Origin: Octopus vulgaris
Lineage: Eukaryota
Assembly: GCA_951406725.2 (NCBI GenBank)
Contig: OX597824.1
Location: 68,758,001-68,822,000 of the forward strand
Reading direction: 5' to 3'
Length of the DNA stretch: 64,000 bases
The notes beneath the pieces are model-generated. The model was not told where the DNA came from. It was given only the letters and a program-made list of their open reading frames with translations, and searched no databases. Shown here piece by piece: positions 55,142-64,000 of the stretch. Positions within the stretch are counted from its first letter, which is position 1. Each line of letters begins with the position of its first letter. Made by a program: the position numbers and the translations under genes.

Positions 55142-55146
<5 letters not shown>
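54927..55146. mobile_element. Mariner-type MITE (~220 bp)
   Basis: Imperfect TIRs CACGAAGAGTTGCTGAAAATTTCC / GGAACTTTTTAGCACCCGCTTGTG, resembling the mariner TACGAGGG terminus, next to (TA)n. Confidence 0.6.
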
Positions 55147-55178
<32 letters not shown>

Positions 55179-56001
55179 TGCGTGTGTGTGTATATATGTA
55201 TATATGTATGTATATTTAAAGTTTTGTTTTGCGACTATGGCATCCTTCTTCTTATATTTTCTTAGCCTCGATTATATAATCAATCTTTAATTTACGACAT
55301 CACCAGCAACAACAGGACAATAGAGTGATCACCCCAAGATATCTGTATAGTAATCACTTATAAATAAGCGATCTTCTAGGTGGTTACCCAACTTGCTAGA
55401 AATAGCAACCAAATTCTCTTGAACGACATGTTGCTATAATCTTACCAAATAGTTAGTGCATGAAATTGAGGCGCATATGTTGACTGAAAATTCAATGAAA
55501 TGGGCATGGATGGAACTTGTTCATAGATTTGTTTGATCAGTACTGTCCAAGGGCTAAACAATAATAACTACAACAGCTGGATGTCATTAACATCACATCC
55601 CACAACGACATGGCCAACATGCCCAGAACATCATAACTATGATGATCACAACGTACAGTTACCCAACGTTGTTGAAATAACAGTCAAATCTCCCTCAAAT
55701 AACACCCTGTCGTCTTAAAAGCGGAAGGACATGCTAGGGAATATGCTACGATATATATGATGGTTAGGACTAGAAAGTTTTTGATGATGAGTTTGGTCGG
55801 CCAACGTTGACTTGGGGCTAAATAACAGCAGCAACAACAACAAGACCGAAATCCTACTATTATAATTAATCATCACAACAACAACAAAAGAAACAGCATT
55901 ACGAACAGAAATCAAACACCACCGTAACCCCCACAGCCATCAACATCACCACCACCACAACCACCACCACAACCACCGCCGCCGCCGCCGCCGCCATCAT
56001 C

Positions 56002-56046
<45 letters not shown>

Positions 56047-56319
56047 GATAGGTAGAAGAACAAAAACAACGTTATTACTAACACTTCGAAATACTCACCT
56101 TTACTCCTCCTACGACACCTTCGCCAACGCCACTCCTCCCCAACTCTTCCCCTCTTCCTCCCCGTCCTTTTCCCCACCTTCCTCCACCTCCACATTTTCG
56201 ATTTTCCAAAGCCACCCTCAATCAAACCAGCCAGCTAGCTATCCACCCACTCGCTCCACGAAGAGGTCCTATGTAATTAAAAGACTCTGTGGATACACAT
56301 GCGCACATACTTGAACACA

Positions 56320-56355
<36 letters not shown>

Positions 56356-56391
56356 GCAGACACACACTCACACACACATATATACATATAC

Positions 56392-56453
<62 letters not shown>

Positions 56454-56500
56454 TCATATATATACATATGTATATATATGCATACCTATATAACTGTTGC

Positions 56501-56548
<48 letters not shown>

Positions 56549-56984
56549 ATGTGTGTATGTGTGTGTGTGTGTATGTGTGAGTGCGTGTGTGGGTGCGTAC
56601 GTATTAGTACAGACAGACAGAAAAGCAGTGAGAGAGAGAAGGAGGGAGGGAGGGAGGGAGAGAGGAAGTGAAAAGGGAAAGTAGTTTGGCAGTGTAAAAT
56701 GTACAAAAATAGTTTGTGCTAGTATGCATGGATGTACTATGCATTTATGCATATATGCATTTGTATGTGTATATATATGTGCACATATACATATGCATAT
56801 ATAGATAGATACATACATACATATATATATACATATATATATATATAAATATATATATATACATGCATATATATATAAATATATATATATATGTATATAT
56901 CTATATATATACATACATATACATACAAACATGCATATGTATATACATATAGGAATGCATATAATAATACTATATATATGTATA

Positions 56985-57051
<67 letters not shown>

Positions 57052-57561
57052 GTATGTGTATATATATATATACCTTATCCATCACTGCGCAATAAAATTA
57101 CATATACATATATATGTGTGTGTATGTGCGTGTGTGTGTATATACATATATTTATATATATACATAACCAGTTTTTTTTACACCAGTCCAACCGCACATC
57201 ACCCGCAGGCCACCGCCATCACCACCGGTTGTTCGCTGTTATTTATGGTTTATTTAGAATTGCTCTATAACTCATCGAGATCATCATCATCTTCATTTTA
57301 TCATCATCATAACCGCCACAATCGCCATCATCTTCAACATCATCCCCCGTCGTTCTGACCATCGCTTCCAAGACCTCAGCTATTGCCTCATCATGACCAC
57401 CACCACCACCACCACCATTACCACCACCACCAATACCACCATCTCACAATCACCATCATCCTCAACATCGTCCTCGTCATCCTGACCACCATTTACACCA
57501 CCACCGCCATTGCTACATCATCATCATCATCATCTCCACCACCACCACCACCACCACCACC

Positions 57562-57614
<53 letters not shown>

Positions 57615-57762
57615 TTATTACTTTTTTTTACAAGAGGTAGTGTTAGTTGTTATTGGTATTACTTTTTAGTGTTTTTGATTTTATTTAACTGTTTCTGTTG
57701 TTTGCTTTGTCTTTTTTTGTCTTCGTGTTTCTTTAAAATATAACAACAACAACAACAACAAC

Positions 57763-57821
<59 letters not shown>

Positions 57822-57876
57822 TAACAACAGCAACAACAACAATAACAACAACAACAACAACAAAAACAACAACAAC

Positions 57877-57929
<53 letters not shown>

Positions 57930-58702
57930 TAGTAATAAAAAATAACAACAGGTAATGGTGACTGTTGCTCTCAACTGGCTGAAGATAATAATAGTTCAAC
58001 TGGCGAAATAAATTAAAGATGACGTGGATTTGTTGGTTGTGGTTGGTTTGTTGGTTGATTGGTTGGCTGGCTGGCTGGTTGGTTTGTTGGAAAGACGGCT
58101 GGCTGTGATTGGCTTGTTGTGTTGAAGGGAATGGATGAATAACTGAACGGAAAAAGGTGCAGGGATGACTGTTTCGATGGACTCCTGTTTGTATAGCTGT
58201 ATAAGGGATGGCCGGATATATGGGGATAGTTGTTTTGTTTTTATTATTTTCCCTTTTATGTATTTCTCTCATCCGGCAGCCATTTTGTTCCATACTTTCT
58301 TTTATACCGCAAACCTTCCGAACGTCCATTTCTATTACGTTTCTTCTTCTTCTTCTTCTTCTTCTTCTTCTTCTTCTTCTTCTTCTTCTTCTTCTTCTTC
58401 TTCTTCTTCTTCTTCTTCTTCTTCTTCTTCTTCTTCTTCTTCTAATTCTTCTTCTTCTTCTTCTTCTTCTTCTTCTTCTTTCATCTTTAACACATTTTTT
58501 CTTCATCTTCAGTTCTTTTCCTTCATTTTTCTCCCTCCCTCTTCTTTCTGCTTCATGATGTCACAAAATTTTGCCTCGTATTACAATGCACATAAATTCA
58601 AAGACTGCCGGAATACAGGTACGTATAAAAGAGAAACAAAATCAAGAACAACGGCCAATAAAAACAAAAATAAGGTTAACAAAAAAAAATGGCCCACCTT
58701 AC

Positions 58703-58759
58703 CACAAATGTTGCCGAGTCACCAAAGATGGTGTCTTTGAATTCACATTTGCAGCATTC
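58703..58759 (-). CDS. Candidate 57 nt internal exon
   Basis: actgac-attttaaccgcag| acceptor and |gtaagg donor; open as ECCKCEFKDTIFGDSATFV in phase 0. No homology recognised. Confidence 0.25.
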
Positions 58760-59311
58760 CTGCGGTTAAAATGTCAGTTAAATTCCCATACAGAGGCTTC
58801 ACATTTATAAAGAAGTCTTACAGAAACTTTTAATTTTTTCATGTTTCTTCCATAAAAAAACTTTTCAAATGATACGTGTAAATCATTTAAACTAATCAAC
58901 CGATGATATGCAAGCAGTAATATGATTATAAATACCAATCTTCGTGTTTGGATTTGGTTTGCAAGATTCTTCATGTGAGTTCGTGTGATGAAGCATATTT
59001 TGTTGTGTCTGGAGAGAGTCATTCTCTTTTTGTGCCTTATTATTTAACATACTCACCGTAGGCAAATGGATATGAATGTAAACAGGTAGATATACATACG
59101 GATGGGTACATAGGTAATATGGACAGACACATACACACATGCAAGCACACACACAAACACACACACATGCAAACACACACACACACACATAAAACACGAA
59201 CACACAAAAACATGAACATGCAGAATACATACATACAAACGTACACACATACATACATATATACATGCGCACACACATACACATATACATGCATACACAC
59301 ACATGCATAAA

Positions 59312-59342
<31 letters not shown>

Positions 59343-59444
59343 GTACATACGTACATACATACATACAAACATATGTATGCGCACACACATGTGCACAAAC
59401 AAACAAAATGAACGCAACTCGGAAACATACATAAAGATATATAT

Positions 59445-59842
59445 GTGGCTGTGTGGTAAGTAGCTTGCTAACCAACCACATGGTTCCGGGTTCAGTCCCA
59501 CTGCGTGGCATCTTGGGCAAGTGTCTTCTGCTATAGCCCCGGGCCGACCAATGCCTTGTGAGTGGATTTGGTAGACGGAAACTGAAAGAAGCCTGTCGTA
59601 TATATGTATATGTATATATATGTATGTGTGTGTATATGTTTGTGTGTCTGTGTTTGTCCCCCTAGCATTGCTTGACAACCGATGCTGGTGTGTTTACGTC
59701 CCCGTCACTTAGCGGTTCGGCAAAAAGAGACCGATAGAATAAGTACTGGGCTTACAAAGAATAAGTCATGGGGTCGAGTTGCTCGACTAAAGGCGGTGCT
59801 CCAGCATGGCCGCAGTCAAATGACTGAAACAAATAAAAGAGT
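59445..59842 (+). mobile_element. SINE family A
   Basis: Near-identical to 36948-37320. Confidence 0.9.
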
Positions 59843-60348
59843 AAAAGAGAAAGAGAGTATACATATATATCGGAGTGAGGCGAACATCGTCCCAGCTGTG
59901 ATTCATATGAATACCAGACGCATATTACCGTTCAATGCTTCCTGATCTTCGGAGGGGACTGACTTCGTCCAGACACGTGACTATCGTGTTTCCGTCACGA
60001 AAATAGCCCAAGGTGACGAATCTGCGTTTGACATTCTTGTGAGTCACTGCTGAAACAATATTTGCTTCGTTATATTTTGTGATTTTAACGAATATTCTTC
60101 GTGATTTTAACAATGTCTCTGAAGAGACTTTTTTGTCAAAACACCACAACATCATACCTTTCAACCATGTGTATATGATAGGTATAATACGATAATAAGA
60201 GATTAAGTTAAGGTGGCGAGTTTGCAGAATCTGTGTTCAAATTCCATCGAGATCGACTTTCAACCTTTCACGGTCAATAAAACAAGTACCAGTTGCGTAC
60301 TGGAGTCGATACAATCGACTATCCCCCTCTCTTAAAAATATACATATA

Positions 60349-60716
60349 TAGGCGTAGGAGTGGCAGTGTGGTAAGTGTCTTCTATTATAGCCTCGGGCCG
60401 ACCAAAGCCTTGTGAGTGGATTTGGTAGACGGAAATTGAAAGAAGCCCGTCGTATATATATATATATATATATGTACATTTGCATGTGCGTGTGTGTATA
60501 TGTTTGTGTGTATATGTTTGTGTGTCTGTGTTTGTCCCCCCAACATCGCTTGACAACCGATGCTGGTGTGTTTACGTCCCCATAACTTAGTGGTTCGGCA
60601 AAGAGACTGATAGACTAAGTACTAGGTTTGCAAAGAATAAGTCATTTAGTCGATTTGGTCGACTGAAGGCGGTGCTCCAGCATGGCCACAGTCAAATGAC
60701 TGAAACAAGTAAAAAA
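60349..60716 (+). mobile_element. SINE family A with a deletion in the head
   Basis: GGCGTAGGAGTGGCAGTGTGGTAAG joins directly to TGTCTTCT; family body and tail are present. Confidence 0.85.
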
Positions 60717-60789
60717 GAGATACGTAAAAAATATAGATACGTATACATACGTGCATGCAGGCATACATACATATATGAATATGTGCTTC

Positions 60790-62441
60790 GCTCAAATGTA
60801 ACAAACATAAAAATCAAAGCAAAAATTGTATATGCAGATTGTAAGACGGCTCTAAAACCGGTCCCACATTACTTCAAGAACCTTGTCCCAGTTCCCCTCT
60901 CACATGATTTACTTGAAGACCTTGACACGTCACACGATGAAGCCCCTGATTCTCCTATCGACGATGAGTACGTAGCTGATTCTAAGAAAATGAGCCACGC
61001 TTGTTTAATCAAGAAGATTTGAACGATTCAGTAAAAGACTAAGCATTGTCAACTGAGAAGTCAGACGTTATGGAATCCAGACTATAGCAACGGAATCTCT
61101 AACAGCAAAGTACGAAAATTTCCATTTTTCGTTCTCGCCATGAAGGCTTATTTGTCGTTTTCAAGCAAGAAAATAATGCTTGTTTCTGTACTGACGTTAA
61201 TGCACCCATGCAAAAACTAGGACTCATGCACGTGACAAACGAATGGAGATTGTTTATAGACTCGAGTATGGTTAACCTCAAAGCTGTGTGGTTACATAAT
61301 GGTAATGAAAAAACTTCCATTCCTGTGGATCATATTGTCGATATAGAAGAAACTTATGAATCGATGAAACTCATTCTGAAAGGAGGTAATTACTCAGTTC
61401 ATAAGTGGAATATTTATGATGATCTAAAGGTAATTTCCTTCCCCCTAGGCCTGCAGCTGGGATATACCAAAAATATGTGCTTAGAACACTGCTACGACAG
61501 CAATCATTACATTGTAAAAGACTGACTTAAAAGAGATAAGCGCATAGTTGGTCGGTACCATGTGCAGTATATGCTACTGGTAGACCCGCAAAAAGATCTT
61601 CCTACCACCCCTTCACATCAAACTCGGCCTCATGAAAAACTTCGTAAAAACAATGACATACGATGGTTGTGGCTTCAAGAACCTAAAAATAAAATTTGGT
61701 GCAGAGAAAAGTGACGCAAAACTGGAAGCAGGCATTTTCATTGGACCCGACAACAGAGAATTGATGTCTGACAGGAAATTCAGAGGTAAACTGAATCCAG
61801 TTGAGCTGATAGCATGGGATTCATTTGTGTAGGTTGTACAGAACTTTCTTGGAAATCATAGAGCTGAAAACTATGCAGATTTATTAAACAACATGCTAAT
61901 AGTATATGAAAGAATGGGATGCCGAATGTCCTTTAAAATACACTTCTTGCAATTTCATCTCGAGTTTTTTCCAACGAATCTCGGTGCCGTTAGTGATAAG
62001 CATGGTGGAAGGTTCCACCAGGACATATCTGAGATAGAAACGAGGTATTAAGGATATGCATGATAGATGGCTACTGCAACGGGAGACCAACACGACGCAT
62101 AAGCGAAAGAGCATGTGTCTCAAACATTTCTGAGCTGAGCATATAAAAAACCAAAGTGAGTATTCCCTTAACATAAATATACTATGTACCATTATATTAT
62201 TTGCCCTGAATATAAAAATAATATTCAGTACTAATATACTATTATAATAATTATTCACCTTGAACTTAACTATTCCTGATACTAATATTGTATTAATATA
62301 TAATTATGTGCATAACTCAAACTTCTGATGTGCTACAGCAATTCTGAGTGCAGATTCGGAATCAGCGTACTCGATGTAGTTTAGTACAGCACCATTTGTC
62401 TGGGTATCAGACAATAATTATTTTTATTTTGTTGCCCAGTG
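60790..62441 (+). mobile_element. Decayed DNA transposon, probably Chapaev3-type (CMC), left end missing
   Basis: Fragments KPVPH, WRLFIDSS..LKAV.LHNGN, DLKVI...LGLQLGYTK, PPLHIKLGLMKNFVK, GIFIGP, FLGNHRAENY, MSFKIHFL, SDKHGGRFHQDI. Right terminus TTTTGTTGCCCAGTG|TTA fits CAC...GTG ends with a TWA target. Confidence 0.8.
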
Positions 62442-62631
62442 TTATTGTCATTATTATTGTTTTCATATTAAAATTTGGTATTTTTAAAAATAAAGTACTG
62501 CTTTAATCACGTTATATACTTTAAAAGATTCCGTTAATTCTCCAAATCCTATAAATATAGACATGAAGACAATCTTACGTATGCACATATAAATACACGT
62601 TTGCGTATTTACATAGGTGTAAGAGACAGTA

Positions 62632-62920
62632 CAGTAGAGGCACATGGCCTGGTGGTTAGAGCAGCGGACTCGCGGGTTTGATTCTCAGACCGGGTGATGT
62701 GTGTGTTTATGAGCGAAACATCTGAGCTCCATGTCCCTCCGGCAGATGGTAATGGCGAACTTCTGCTGACTCTTTCGCCACAAATTTCTCTCACTCTTTT
62801 CTCCTGCATCTTGCAGCTCACTTGTGACGGACCGGCGTCCCGTCCAGGTGGAGAACCTATACGCCAAGGAAACCGGGAAACCGGTCCTTATGAGACAGGC
62901 ATGGCTCGAGAAGGAACAAA
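62632..62920 (+). mobile_element. SINE family D
   Basis: GTAGAGGCACATGGCCTGGTGGTTAGAGCAGCGGACTCGCGG head; homologous to 51073-51371. Confidence 0.85.
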
Positions 62921-63206
62921 CAAGAGACAGTATATTTATGTCTGCGCGCGCTCACGCATGTCCATTTATGTGGACGCCAAAAATGCTGTTTGTTTGTCTA
63001 TGGATTGTGCGTGAAACAAAATTCATCTTGTGTTTAAATGTGCTTTTCAGTGTTCAGGATAGTATCAAATGTATCAATATATAAAAGATTTGTTCCTGTC
63101 TAAGTGTATGATGAAGCATGTGTGCGTATTGGTTAAATCTAACCACACACACACACACATACACCCCCCACACACATACACCTACCCACACACACACATA
63201 TATATA

Positions 63207-63515
63207 TCAGGTCACGTGATCATGTGACCGACCAGGCTATCAGATGTTGCTACACATCGCTGGTCACAATGCGCTTTACATTGTTTTAGCCTTCAAATGA
63301 CGCCACCCCGCTGGCTAAGCGAGCAGGCCAACAGAAGAAAGTGAGAGAAAGCTGCGGCGAGAGATTACAGCTGGGATCGCCACCATCTCCTGCCGGGGCC
63401 TCGTGGAGCTTTAGGTGTTTTCGCTCAATAAACACTCACATCGCCCGGTCTGGGTATCGAAACTGCGATCCTACGACCGCGGGTCCGCTGCCCTAACCAC
63501 TGGGCCACTGCGCCT

Positions 63516-63519
<4 letters not shown>
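63207..63519 (-). mobile_element. SINE related to family D with a different tail
   Basis: Minus-strand head GTGGAGGCGCAGTGGCCCAGTGGTTAGGGCAGCGGA..GTTTCGATACCC; tail ends GATCACGTGACC. Confidence 0.8.
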
Positions 63520-63567
<48 letters not shown>

Positions 63568-64000
63568 GCATACACACACAAGGAGGCGAGGTAGCAGAAT
63601 CGTTAGCACGCCGGGCATTTCATCTGCTCTTATGTTCTGAGGTCAAATTCCGTCGAGGTGGACTTTCCCTTTCATCCTTTCCGGGTTCGATGAAATAAGT
63701 ACCAGTGGAACACTAAGGTCGATATATTTGACAGGCCTCCTCCTCCAAATTCTAGGGCTGGTACTTATAGGAGAAAGGATATTTATACATATAAATATAT
63801 CTATGTATTTACTCATAAATTAGTTAATGTGTATATGTGTGAATATAGAAATATATATTTTGTATGTGTATATGTGTTGATATATGTATGTATGTGTTTT
63901 GGTGTATGTATATATGTATATGAATATGTGTGTGTGTGCGTGTGTGTGTGTGAGTGCGTGTGCATATGCAAAATTTTCTGTGTGTACACTTATTTCTACA

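Noticed and set aside
62632-62700. tRNA genes at SINE heads
   Set aside because: A/B-box-like motifs continue into shared SINE bodies and do not close a cloverleaf.

Overview
Eukaryotic, repeat-saturated non-coding DNA. The SINE repertoire and the density of (TA)n/(TCTA)n/(AAT)n tracts suggest a cephalopod, probably Octopus; this is an inference. No intact protein-coding gene is supported, and almost all ORF-track entries are microsatellite translations. Recognisable contents are several tRNA-type SINE families, decayed R4/Dong-type and Tx1-type non-LTR retrotransposons, a Chapaev3-like transposase fossil, a Helitron and a mariner-type MITE, a ~2 kb local duplication with an inverted junction, and a few possible minus-strand exons. 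The main signal is a set of short non-coding fold-back elements from several unrelated sequence families, most next to (TA)n or (CA)n tracts. They carry type I hammerhead ribozyme motifs, usually one per arm and so on both strands, including recurrent core variants (CCGANGA; a G3:C8 swap). They are best read as Penelope-like element ends or retrozyme-like elements. A second oddity is a 5S rRNA copy enclosed by pogo/Tigger-like inverted termini with TA flanks. All structures were read by eye; no folding or database search was run.
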